42,956 nucleotides of DNA from Octopus bimaculoides. Lineage: Eukaryota. The stretch spans positions 163,131,552 to 163,174,507 of the forward strand of contig NC_068981.1 of NCBI RefSeq assembly GCF_001194135.2. Reading direction: 5' to 3'. This document shows, one piece after another, positions 23,986 to 35,534 of the stretch; position 1 is the first letter of the stretch; every line of letters starts with the position of its first letter. Under the pieces are notes generated by a model. It searched no databases, was not told where the DNA came from, and saw only the letters and a list, made by a program, of their open reading frames with translations. A program made the translations under genes and the position numbers.

Positions 23986-24619
23986 ATGTTAATCTTATGT
24001 AGATAAATGACCAAAACATTAATAATAGATTTAGTCGAAGCCAAGTATGGGTCTAAGATGGGATACATATTCTTCCGTGGTCAAGAGTGTGGAAAATGAA
24101 TGAAGAACCATGAAAAGAGAGGGAAGAGAACAAGTCTTTTGATATAATGAAAAAAAAAAAAAATGTGAAGAAATGTCATACCTTTCACGATAGTGATAAC
24201 ATTTTTTTTTTTTTGTGGTATGGTTTGTACTACTTCAGTTTTAAGACTGCACCACTTTGATCTGTGTATTTATTAACCGTTTCCAGCAGGAAACACCAAT
24301 AGTCACCTATCTATTTCCAAGACCCCTTTTAACCTGACCACATGTACTACTATATGAATTGAACTCAGTGCATGCCTAACATACCATTCTAATAGCTTTC
24401 TGTTTGTTATGCCATCAATCGTTTGCAACCATGGAAACCATCACTTTCACACACATGAGGAGGGGGTGGGGAGAAAGTGAGGTGGGGATGGAGAGAGAGA
24501 GGAAAGATGAAGATGGAAGTTAGCTTGATCGATCTCTGTCAACTGACAAATAACTTATCATAATAACATATCAAGTTATTTGCAGCACCTAAGTATCAAA
24601 GGACAGTGAGCAAATGAGA

Positions 24620-24810
24620 GCCTCAATGTAGTCATTAGACCTGCAAGAAATAGTAGCCATATTACCTGAAAATTACTTAGTAACCTTAGAATCACTTACT
24701 AACAGCTTGAGAAAGAAAATCAAAAATACATTGGACAAGTAGTCCAAAATATGCAATAATCAAGATCAAAGCTGAAATACTTTTATCATAGTAGGTTTGT
24801 CCAGTGAGGG
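24620..24810 (+). repeat. Family E repeat copy
   Basis: gtcattagacctgcaagaaatagtagcc...aaaaatacattggacaagtagtcc...gatcaaagctg. Confidence 0.5.
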
Positions 24811-25069
24811 AAGACTGAGTAAACGACATAGAGGAAACATTTACATTCAGCTATGGTACATACAAACTGAAGATATTTAAGAACGAAAAACCTAAAAACA
24901 AAAAAGTTAGGTGAGTTGACTTGAATACTTAACGAGTTCAAAATTTAAATTAGCATTTCTTCATTCAGTTTCATTAAACATCAGATTGAAAGGCTCAAAA
25001 CAGTGCAGGTACAGTTAGCAGAAAATTTCTGAAAGAAGTTGGAATGAGAACTCTTGTTGTAAGTATTCC

Positions 25070-25230
25070 TTCAATGTCACACATCGACCTCCCTCCAACC
25101 ACATCCTACCCTCTCTAAAATGAAGTCTTTCTTTCCTTGCACATAAGAAACTCAACGGGGCAGTCAAAGCTGGTATACTTTGATTGCAGATCTGCTAAAT
25201 AAGATATGATCTTGGGTTAAACAATAACAA
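25070..25230 (+). repeat. Family E repeat copy (3' part)
   Basis: cctccctccaaccacatcctacc...gtcaaagctggtatactttgattgcagatctgc...ttgggttaaacaataac. Confidence 0.5.
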
Positions 25231-25410
25231 AGAATATGTATAAATCTGTAAATTTGCAAAAAAAAAATTGGAGTCCACACAGAGCATGTGGTAATGGCTT
25301 AATTGACTGCATTGGAATTGGCCTACTCAGAAATCCAAAACAGCAGGTTGGTGACAGAAAGAGCATCCAACCATAGAAAATCTGCCTTGATAAATACATA
25401 TTATGGATAA

Positions 25411-25740
25411 GGCCTGAAGAAAATAATGCAGATAGGATGGCCAAACATCATATCAATGGATGAACTCAACAAAATAACCAAAGTCCCCCAGGGTAAGCAA
25501 AGAAGTAAAAAGGAAAAGATGGAGTTGGATTGGACATGTATTGAGAAAGGAACCCAATCAGCATTGCATGATTGCTTTGACTTGGCAACCTGAGAGGAAG
25601 AGAAAAGTTGGTAGATAAAAAAAAAAAATGGAGAAGGACAGTGGAAAAGGAAAGGAATCAAGCTGGATGGTCATCATGGAATGTGGCAAGAAAACTTGCA
25701 AAACAGAGGGATAAATGGAAAATGGAAAACAAGCGTGGAT
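25411..25740 (+). pseudogene. RTE-clade LINE ORF C-terminal fragment, decayed
   Basis: With two frameshifts and one stop reads GLKKIMQIGWPNIISMDELNKITKVPQ/KEVKRKRWSWIGHVLRKEPNQHCMIALTWQPERKRKVGR*KKK/WRRTVEKERNQAGWSSWNVARKLAKQRDKWK. Matches the characteristic RTE C-terminus (W.W.GH.LR ... AL.W.P.GKR..GRP..TWRR). Confidence 0.88.
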
Positions 25741-25769
25741 AGATAGACATATTAAGTACCATGGAAGTA

Positions 25770-26314
25770 GAAACTGTGACTCATATAAGGGCATGTAAAA
25801 AGGCATCGTTGTAAAGTATGATTATATCTGCAGTGGTGTTTGGTGAAAAACTTCTGAACTAGAGTAGAAATTGGTACCAACATATATTTGACAGAGCATT
25901 AAAAAATGAATCTGCAGAATCTTGTGGGATTTTAAATTTCCAAAGAATAGAATGATAAAACACCATCAACCATACAGTGTTGTGGTGGAGAAAATACAGA
26001 AGTGGAAATGAGGAAATGTTACATAACAGATATAAACATATCTGGCTATTACAACATAGCTAGTAAAGTGCATGGGAGAACTGGTAAGTATTTGGAGCTT
26101 CATACGGAAGTCTCAAAAATGTGCATAACACATGAACTAAAGTTCTGCCAAGAGTACTTGGAGCTTTTGGCTCCATTCCTAACAAGTATTCAAAAAATAT
26201 CAATGAGCTAAATACAACATCTAATACTGCAACCTTAAAAATCAAAATAAATAAATAATAAAATCGGAACCACTTGGAACTGCCAATTTTCTGCAAAAGG
26301 TACTTTTTGTCTGA
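25770..26314 (+). pseudogene. R4/Dong-like non-LTR retrotransposon C-terminus (CCHC remnant plus restriction-like endonuclease), decayed
   Basis: Frameshifted blocks ETVTHIRACKK / HRCKV*LYLQWCLVKNF / WYQHIFDRALKNESAE / ILWDFKFPKNRMIKHHQPYSVVVEK / RKCYITDINISGYYNIASKVHGRTGKYLELHTEVSKM / VLPRVLGAFGSIP / LGTANFLQKVLFV* are colinear with the R4-type WYEH..ILWD..RRPD..C.IID.A.P..KY..GALG..LGTA.ILRKVL consensus. Confidence 0.82.
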
Positions 26315-27166
26315 GATTATATGATTTGATGGACAATATCTATATACTCAGGCAAGATTCTAAGATGTGCTAAATGAAGATTAAACATTTTACAATTCTT
26401 TGTTAATTTCCATCAAAGAATTCCAAGTATGCCAGGGCACTGCCTCTAAAGCAACTATAAGCAAACTTTTTTTCAGGAACAAGCCACATAAGACATAGCT
26501 CATCGTTAGGCAGGTCACACTACTATTAAAAATCAAAATTAATTTTCCATAAGACATGTCATTCAGAAAGTCCAGTAGGCTGCAGGTTGCCAAGGACTGC
26601 TCTGAAGTTTTTAACAACTTTCAAATAGCAAAGTCAACTTAGGGTTGATCAATCAGTACCAGTAATATGTGGAGGTTTACTTATTGAACAGTTTGTCCCA
26701 CCATTCTGCTGTCAGATAAAATTATAGTCTGGTAATAAATTGTTTGTTTGTATGAATGTATGTATGCAGGATGCATATATGTATGCTTTAGTGTGTGTGT
26801 GGGTATGTGTGTGTATGTATGCACAAGTATGTGTGTGTGTGTGTGTGTGCGTGTGTGTGGATGAAAAAGTGCTAGGTCTATTTTATTTTCCCAAGAAGAT
26901 CCACTGATTTTTCAGATTCTACTTTGCAACAAATGCACTGACATCTGAGTAGCAATAATGAAGTATGTTTTAGACTACTAAACGTTTGGATTATAAACAA
27001 CCATTTCATTTTGATTAGTGGGGTTTTTTTTTTTCCCCCTTCTTCATCCCCTTACACCATTCTACCCCTTTCTCTTTTGTTTTCTTCCTTTGGGCAGATT
27101 TACCATTAAATGCTTATGTTTCTGAGCTGTTTATATGTTTGTCTATGTGCGTGTTTGTATCAGTGC

Positions 27167-27173
<7 letters not shown>

Positions 27174-27216
<43 letters not shown>

Positions 27217-27270
27217 AAGAGAGGGAGAGAGAAAGGGGGAAGAGAGAGAGTGAGAAAGAGAGAGAATGAG
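27174..27270. repeat. (GA)n / purine-rich microsatellite
   Basis: GA run degenerating into purine-rich repeats. Confidence 0.9.
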
Positions 27271-27819
27271 AGTAAGCATAGTAAAATAAATGTCCATAAT
27301 CTTTGTGAAAGACTGGACTAGTAACTTGACTCTAAATATACGTTAATGACTTACATTATTTGCTATTGAAATTGTCAGTTGCTTTTAGGCATTTAACCCC
27401 CTGAGTTTGAGAGAAAATGCATTGAATTTAGACTTGCAAGTAATTGGTTTCTGATATTATTTTAATTCTTTAGTTACACAAAGTCACGAAGAGAAAAATC
27501 TATGTCGCTAAGTGGAACTACGCTCATCAGCTTAATTACTGCTCTACTTAGGGGTCTCCCCCTACCTTTACTTTTTTCTTTCTGTCTCCTCTACTACCTA
27601 TCCCCCACCATATCTCTCTTGAGAATACAAGTGGGATGGATCTGCAGAGATTAGAGAATAATGAATTAAGTGAGTATGATATATGTGCAATATTAACCCA
27701 TTTCACTCACTCACACATATACTAGTTAGACTTCAGGAATAGTAAAACTTCCCACCACAGAAAGCTTTTAAAGTTAATTTATAGTACAAACAAGATGTTC
27801 CAGCAACAATTATATAAGT

Positions 27820-28187
27820 TAGGCACCGGCGTGGATGTGTGGTTAAGAAGCTTGCTTCCCAACCACATGGTTCTGGGTTCAGTCTTCTACTACAGCCCTG
27901 GAAAAATAAATGCCTTGTGAATGGATTTTGCTGATGGAAACTGTGTGGAAGCCTGCCGTATGTGTGTGTGTCCATCCACTGTACTGCTTGGTCCCCATCC
28001 ACTGCAGTGCTCGACAAGTTTTGGCTTGTGCATGTCCCCATAACTTAATGGTTTGTTAAAAGTGACAGAATAAGTACCAGAATTTACAGAGAAAAAGAAA
28101 TACCGGGATCAATTTGGTTAACTTGAATATTTCAAGGTGGTGCCCCAGTGTGGCCACAGTCCAATGACTGAAACAAGTAAAAGGTAA
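27820..28187 (+). mobile_element. SINE family B with tail type 1
   Basis: ggcaccggcgtggatgtgtggttaagaagcttgcttcccaaccacatggttctgggttcagtc ... ggtgccccagtgtggccacagtccaatgactgaaacaagtaaaag. Confidence 0.85.
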
Positions 28188-28461
28188 ACAGTAAATGAAA
28201 TTAGTCACTAAGTCATTTTACTTAAACCACTTCCTTGAACTTCTTATGTTTTTTTTGATAACTTATGACAATATGTTGTAGTCCCTTCTTATCAGATGTA
28301 TGACCAAGAAAGAAAGGTTTAAAACTTCAGAAATCTTCAATGCAAAGGAGAGGAGGAATTCAAGTGGATTTTACAAAGCATTGGCCATAGCATGCAATTA
28401 ATAACAATGATGATGATACCTGTACTAATAAGGACTATATGGAGTATTAGTGCTTTACATA

Positions 28462-28520
28462 AGCAGTCCCTAAACTTTTTTTTTTCCACCAGAGACCGGT
28501 TTCATGCAAGACAATTTTTC
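28462..28520 (+). mobile_element. hAT/Charlie-like MITE 5' fragment
   Basis: agcagtccctaaacttttt..ccaccagagaccggtttcatgcaagacaattttt resembles the Charlie-type left end cagcggtccccaacctttttggcaccagggaccggtttc (recalled consensus). Confidence 0.55.
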
Positions 28521-28752
28521 ATGAATGAAAGGAACACATATGTGAATGAAGGAGACTTTTTGAGATACTTTTTTGTTTGGGGGGGGGGGGATGTCCTTAT
28601 ATGCAATCAAACATGGTAAGTTGAACCTGAAGACATGTAACCTCACAAATGAAAGAACATTTGCATTATTAATTGCTAGATAATCTTAAGGTACTTTAGA
28701 TATATCTCACCCATGAGAGAACATAGACAAAAATGAAAGCATTTAAATAATT

Positions 28753-29025
28753 GATGCCAATGCTGCCTGACTGGCTCCCATGCTGGCGGCACATAAAAAG
28801 CACCATTCAAGTGTGGTCAATGCCAGAGACACCTGACTGGCTCCCGTGCCGGTGGCACATAAAAAGTACCCACTACACTCTTGGAGTGGTTGCGTTAGGA
28901 AGGGCATCCAGCTGTAAAAACCATGTCAGATCAGATTGGAGCCTGGTGCTGGCCTGTCCTAAGTCAAACCATCCAACCCATGCCAGCATGGAAAGCAGAC
29001 ATTAAACAACGATGATGATAATGAT
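28753..29025 (+). mobile_element. SINE tail type 3 with two 66-bp subrepeats
   Basis: ctgactggctccc at 28767 and 28833; ends caacccatgccagcatggaaagcagacattaaacaacgatgatgat. Confidence 0.85.
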
Positions 29026-29679
29026 TATGAGGATGAGGATGACAATTATCCTACCTTAATATAGAATGAAAGCTAATTACTAATGAATTTACAAAACACC
29101 AACAGTAATAACACCAAATACAAAATATTGCTTCATTTGTAGAAACAAATGGTTTATGTCAATTCATCGATTATATTAAAAAGAATAACCAACCAGTTCT
29201 GATATAAAGATTTTTATCTTTTTTTTTTTCTTTTTTCAAATAGACAAAAACGGTAGAATGTCTGAATTATTGAAGTACTATAGAAATGACCAGTTAGTTC
29301 TTGGTTTCAAGTATTACCAATAAAGATTTTTGGTTGTACTGGCCAAACTAGGGGGATATAATAAATGTCATTACTATTTTTCATAGTGTGAAGTACATAT
29401 TACATTAGGAAGTAGTATTAGGAAACCAGCTGTGTGAAAGAAAAGAAAAGAGGGAAGAAAAAAGCACAAGCCTGAGGAATTCTGAAAATATTTTGAAATT
29501 TGTGAAAGGGAAAACATGCACGTGTGTGTGTGTGTGTGTTTGGCTTCCTAGAAACCACACCATACTACACCTTGTTAGAGACAGGTACATCAGATAATGA
29601 AGTTAGTTCTAAACACATTACGAGAGAGATCATCACAGTCAGAGTATGAATGCATTTTATTATAGATTTGTTCAGTCAA

Positions 29680-29925
29680 TGGTCTGGTCACTGTGTCGTA
29701 GCACAACCTGCTACAAATAGCGAAATCTTTCTCAAATCACAGCCTGCTTGCCTTGAAAAAAGGAAAGGACAATTGTAGTCTTAGATACACAGTGTCTGAA
29801 TAAAAAAAGAGAGGATGGTGAGGGGCAAAAAAAAAAAAAAGAAAACACCTCTGATCATATCATTCTATTCAATTAAAGGTGTAATACCTTTGATTATAAG
29901 TCTACTTAGTCAGGGCTGACAACCA
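29680..29925 (+). repeat. Family E repeat copy
   Basis: aacctgctacaaatagcgaaatctttctcaaatcacagcc...aaaaggaaaggac..gtagtcttagatacacagtgtctgaa...ctttgattataagtc..gtcagggctgac. Confidence 0.55.
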
Positions 29926-30368
29926 CACTAATGGAACAATTAATTAGTGTAGCAGTGAAACAATTATTGAGGGACACTACTCTTCTAGCACAATGCTTTA
30001 GCAGACAATTCCCAGTTTCACTATCAAACTACATTATATCACCAGGACTAAAGTGTTCCTAACTAAATTACAATCTCAGTCAAATTCATATTATAAGTAC
30101 AAGTGATAATACGAGATTTCAATTGCTCAATACAAGCATATTATAGCACAAGAGATATTTTAGCAAAACCTTCGAAAACTCTTGAAAATTAATTGAAGCA
30201 CACTCACAGTAAATTCATTTGGAATATGGCCATGAATAGGATAAAACACTCAGATGGAACTCTCTGTTTTCTTACATGAGATTAAAAGAAGGACACAGGT
30301 ATATGAGCATTTAAATGTCCTTTTTTGTTTTGTTTTTCTCCCATCATCCATTTAGTGAACACACACAC

Positions 30369-30403
<35 letters not shown>

Positions 30404-31186
30404 NNNNNNNNNNNNNNNNNNNNNNNNNNNNNNNNNNNNNNNNNNNNNNNNNNNNNNNNNNNNNNNNNNNNNNNNNNNNNNNNNNNNNNNNNNNNNNNNN
30501 NNNNNNNNNNNNNNNNNNNNNNNNNNNNNNNNNNNNNNNNNNNNNNNNNNNNNNNNNNNNNNNNNNNNNNNNNNNNNNNNNNNNNNNNNNNNNNNNNNNN
30601 NNNNNNNNNNNNNNNNNNNNNNNNNNNNNNNNNNNNNNNNNNNNNNNNNNNNNNNNNNNNNNNNNNNNNNNNNNNNNNNNNNNNNNNNNNNNNNNNNNNN
30701 NNNNNNNNNNNCACAGAATACAAAAAGCAAGGGTTAAAATTAAATCCATATTTTCAAATTATTTCTCTTCAACAAATTAATCATCTTGAGAAAAAAAAGA
30801 AATTCGTTGTTGAAAGTTTGAGAAGCTAGGTTTTATTTACCTGAAAGAGGGGGTGGAGAAGATTAGGGGTAGTTGTGGTGGTGATGGTGGTGGTGGGGGG
30901 GGGATATAATTTATGGTACAGTTTAACCCATCCAGTTCTATAAATGAAAAAGAAGAAATACTTGATCCAATATTTAATTTTTGATTAATGTTCAAATCTT
31001 CATCATGTTGTTGTTGTTAATAAGCCCTACTGAAATTGGTTGAATAAAAAGAAAAAAAACCCAAAAAAACCTAAGTCTTTTTTCAACAAAAAATCTCTTC
31101 ATTCCATTATTGCAGACAAGAAACTAAGATAGGTTTTTTTTTTATCATTATTTCATAAGGATGTTCACCTTAGTTTCATACTTGCT

Positions 31187-31745
31187 TTAGTCCTTTAGTG
31201 TATAAACTGGCTATATTTAACCCAAACATTCTACCTGTTTTAAGTTCAAACTGGCCAAGTTCAGCCTCTCACACCTACTCTACAATGTCATTCTAAAAAT
31301 AATCATATTGAAGATTATGCATGAGTAATGTAAAACAATGTAAACAAGAACACTGAGAGAGCACAAACCTCTGCCAAGGCAACACCAACGTCCACTCAAT
31401 GATTAGCCAGAGATGATTTTTAAAATGAGAATATCTGAAATAAACTCAAGTGCTCTCACAAAGGAGGATACTAAAAATGAACCCGACTGCTTTCAAAAAT
31501 TAAGTAAAAAAACAGGAAAAATAATCCAGAATTCTTGTCCAGTACTGGATCAATCCCAAAATCTAATCAGTTTGTGTCAGTCACGAGGCCAAACATCCCT
31601 GAAAGTTTCATCGAATCCATCCAGAGGTTCTTGTCCACAGACAAACAAACAAACACAACTGGAAACAATATCTCTACCTTCGCTAAGGTGGAGATAATAA
31701 ATAGGCATTACATTTGACAGACTAATCTGAAAGTTGGAGGGTTAA
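31187..31745. mobile_element. piggyBac-type MITE interrupted by a Helentron-type insertion
   Basis: Left part 31187-31342 and right part 31699-31745 (taaataggcattacatttgacagactaatctgaaagttggaggg|ttaa) rejoin to give the 8146-8366 element. Confidence 0.75.
31343..31698 (-). mobile_element. Helentron-associated non-autonomous element (HINE/DINE-1-like)
   Basis: Minus strand begins ttatctccaccttagcg, carries a (tttg)n microsatellite and the gatggattcgatgaaactttcaggg block, and ends ccttggcagaggtttgtgctctctcagtgttcttgtt. Subterminal inverted repeats; no obvious TSD; inserted at a T-rich site. Confidence 0.72.
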
Positions 31746-31864
31746 AAACATTAGGAGTACTCAACAAACCATAAAGTTAACAACATCTATTAATTCTAAT
31801 AGAGATCCCCGGGAGATGTTCGAATTAAATATTATGCATTCAAATTCTAAAAGTGGAAATGTAC

Positions 31865-32052
31865 CATATGCCTTATTTATAACCACTGCTATGAGGGAGC
31901 CTACGGGAAATGGCAACTAAATTTCCCTCAAATCCACAGTGCCATCTTAAAAAGGTTGCATATGCCTTACTTATATTCATTGCTATGAGGGAGCCTACAA
32001 GAAACGGCAACTAAAGTTGCTTCAAATCCGCAGTACCACCTTAAAAAGGTTG
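31865..32052 (+). repeat. Two-copy 94-bp tandem duplication within a family E-like element
   Basis: catatgcctta.ttata..ca.tgctatgagggagcctac...aaaaaggttg at 31865-31958 and 31959-32052. Confidence 0.9.
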
Positions 32053-32287
32053 CATGTAGACCTAGATTACACTACAATGATTATATAGTCTCTTGCACTA
32101 AGCAAACAGTATTTAATGTCAATCTTCTATATTCTGGACAGAAAACCTGCAGGGGTTGAAGGAGTACTCTGCCTCTCATTTGTATGGGCACAGTAAATAC
32201 TAGTCATATTGTGATCTCATTTCAAACATTCCTATATCAATTGATATTATTATGAATTGGGTAAAATGTAATAAACCATTATTACTA

Positions 32288-33570
32288 GGTTGGTGAGTTA
32301 CAGAATCAACAGTGTTGGGCAAAAATGCCTTGTGGTATTTACGTTTTTGTTCTCGTGTTCAAATCTTACCAGGATCAATTTATCCTTTCATTTTTCTGAA
32401 GTTGATGAAATAAAGTACCCATCAAGTACAAAGGGTGATATAATCAACTTACTTCTCTCCGTAATTTCTAGCTATGTCCTGTCGTTAAACATTTAATCAG
32501 GCAATGGATTAGCTTAAACATTAGAATATTGGATAAAATGCCAAGCAGTATTTTCCTCTGGCTCTTTACATTCTAAGTTCTTATCTCACAGAAGTAAACT
32601 TTGCCTTTCATCCCTCTGGATGTTGATAAGTAGCACTCAGGTATTAGGATTGAAATAATTGACTAACTTTACTTTCAAAATTACTTGTTTTGTGCCAAAA
32701 GTTGTTGTTGTTGTTGTTATTATTATTATAATAAAGGCAGCAAGGTGGTAGAATGGTTAGCATGCTGGACAAAATGCTTAGTGGTATTTTGCCTGTCGCT
32801 ATGTTCTGAGTTCAAATTCTGCTAAGGTTGACTTTGCCTTTCATCCTTTCAGGGTTGATAAAATAAGTACCAGTTAAACACTGGGGTTGATGTAATCGAC
32901 TAGTCCTTTCCCACCAAATTTCAGGCTTTGTACCTATATTAGAAAGGATTATTATTATTATTATCATTATTACAGTGAGCTGGCAAAATTGTTAGCACAC
33001 TGGACAAAATGCTTAGTGGCTTTCCATCTGACGCTACATTCCGAGTTCAAATTCCACTGAGGTCGACTTTGCCTTTCATCCTTTCGTGGTTGGTAAATTA
33101 AGTACCAGTGAAACACTGGGGTCAATGTAATCGACTGGTCCCCTCCCACAAAATAGCAGGAAGGATTATTATTTTATAACTACTAAGATAGTAAATTAGC
33201 AGAATCAAAAGAGTGTTTAGGAAAAAAAAATGTCTGGCAGTATTTGTCCCATCGCTTTATGGTCTAAGCTCAAATCCCTCTGAGGTCAACTGTGCCTTTC
33301 ATCCTTTTGAGTTGATAAAATCACGTGTCACACAAGTACTGCTGTTGATTGCATTTGCTGACCACCACCCACAGTCTTCAAAAGCTGCTGGCCTTGTGTC
33401 TAAATTAGAAACAATCATTATTGTCATTTTTAAGTAGCAGTAGTAGTAGTACGTAGTGGTGAAGTAGCATTAAAATGCCGACCTTGATGTGTTTTGGGGT
33501 TCAAATACCCTCATATTCACTTTGCTTTTCATGTTCTTGGGGGGTTAATAAAATAAGTACCTGTCATGTA
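32288..33570 (+). mobile_element. Head-to-tail array of six SINE family A copies
   Basis: Copies at about 32288-32490, 32500-32700, 32734-32948, 32972-33170, 33185-33415 and 33455-33570. Each has a gttcaaat-like B box and a cctttcatcc...gataaaataagtacc-like centre; several spacers are (ATT)/(GTT)/(GTA) runs. Confidence 0.85.
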
Positions 33571-34419
33571 TTATTATAGCGAAAGGAGTCTTGATATCCA
33601 CTGGCAAATTATCCCACGTTATTTTAAAACATCTTTTCATAATCTATTATCTAAACCTAAGGTTCATGATAAATAACTAAGCTAGGCAGTAGTGGATCCA
33701 GTGATTTCCCTTGTCCAGTTCATCAACTGTTTCTCCTTCACATAGGCAAAAGAAAACCACCTTGCATATAACACAGCTTTATATCAAACTAGAATCCTTG
33801 GAATAAAACATAAGTAAAATAAATCTAGCAAAAACTGAGTGTGAATATTGATAGAGGACTTCTCAACCTAAAAATTATTTCCCCACTGAAATCCACAAAT
33901 TTAACCCCACAATCTTGAAATTTCCTCCAGGGAAGAAATTCTCTCCCCAAGTTAAAAATTGCAGATTTACAGCAAATAGATTGTTGCCAGCAGCAGCAGC
34001 AATGTTGTTGTGCATTGGAGACAGGGAGAGCAACTGGACTTGCCAGTGCTAGTGTGATAGCTACTGTCTGTCTGTGTAGTGGGAAGGAGTCAGACAGATA
34101 CATACATCATAATGCACAGGATACAATTCTAGAAAGCACCAAGAGCTGCTGGGCTTAAGAATCTAAGGAGGTATAAATAAATGAAATATTGATATTATTT
34201 ATCGAAATCACATGTGTGTGTGTGTGTTGTGATGTGAGGCTCCAGGTAAGATTTGATTCATCAAACTTACAATATAGAAGTAGTTGTGCTGTATTCTAAT
34301 GCATTGTAATGTATTATATGTGTTAAATAAGGCATTGTGTTTAGTAGTAATGCATGTGTTATGCATTAACTATTAATTACTGAAGCATCAAGGAAGCCTC
34401 TAATTTGTCACTTCATCTG

Positions 34420-34610
34420 CATAAAAATAGTAACCAAATCTTTCCTGGAATCATAACTTATGATCTTAAAAGGAAAAAGAAGAAGAATAGATTAGAAAAT
34501 TTAGTCCTACTTAAAAGTTTGTGTGAAAAAAATAATAAAGGATGGCCATGGTTGGAACACCTCAGAAACATAGATCTGCTTGATCAACATGGCCTGTGGT
34601 TAAATTAACT
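34420..34610 (+). repeat. Family E repeat copy
   Basis: aaatagtaaccaaatctttcc...ggatggccatggttggaacacc...catagatctgcttgatc. Confidence 0.5.
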
Positions 34611-35534
34611 ACATCATTAAGTATAAAACATATAACATCAAGTTTGAATCACTTGTTTAAGGAAAGGTGTTGGTGTTGAAGGTAGTAGTAGTAGTAGTAG
34701 TAGTGGTATAGTAACAGCAGCAATGGTGATAGTGGTAGTAGTAGTAACAGCAGCAGCAATGGTAATAGTAGCAATAGTCATATGTTAGTGATATAATTTT
34801 AGTAGAGGAATAAAAAATAAAATTCAAACATGAGAAAAAGAAAATATAAAAATTAAAATTTNNNNNNNNNNNNNNNNNNNNNNNNNNNNNNNNNNNNNNN
34901 NNNNNNNNNNNNNNNNNNNNNNNNNNNNNNNNNNNNNNNNNNNNNNNNNNNNNNNNNNNNNNNNNNNNNNNNNNNNNNNNNNNNNNNNNNNNNNNNNNNN
35001 NNNNNNNNNNNNNNNNNNNNNNNNNNNNNNNNNNNNNCCACCACCTTACTTCTGTTCCAATTCTCCAGCTCTCACTCTATTTCCCTGTATATCAGCCTAC
35101 TTCATTTCTGTCACCCTCACTCTTTAGTGCAGATAATGGTTTACTTAGAAAATAGATTTTTTTTTTCCATGGCAGTAGCTGGAGCTGCCCCAGGGGAAGT
35201 AACCAAAAGAAAGCTGCTAAGAATTTATAATGCTCAATGATTTTCTCGGAGAATTTCATTATTGGATAAACTGAGAAGATTAGGGTGAAATGCTATTAAT
35301 TTTTATCTGATTCTACAATCAAAAGACCAGACTTAAAGGTCTTATCAATAAGATTTTTCATAATATTCATCATGTTTACATGTTTTTGCTCTTTCTTCCC
35401 AGTTTTGATTAGATAACACTACACAAACACATATTTGTTGTTAAAGTTAATTACTTTTTCATTACCATGTATAGTATAGTAACCATATATGTGCCTGTGT
35501 GTATTTTCCATGTTGACATATAATACACTACATC

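Noticed and set aside
24851-24910. About 60-nt + strand segment between ttacattcag and gtgagt (YGTYKLKIFKNEKPKNKK)
   Set aside because: Weak polypyrimidine tract, lysine content explained by A-richness, no recognisable protein, and no supporting neighbouring exons.
32288-33570. Regularly spaced repeats superficially like a CRISPR array
   Set aside because: Units are about 200-bp diverged SINE copies dispersed elsewhere in a eukaryotic window; there are no short identical repeats with unique spacers and no cas genes.
33930-34155. Cys/Gln-rich open frame (IDCCQQQQQCCCALETG...)
   Set aside because: Driven by a short (CAG)n repeat; no start codon, convincing splice sites or homology I can recognise.
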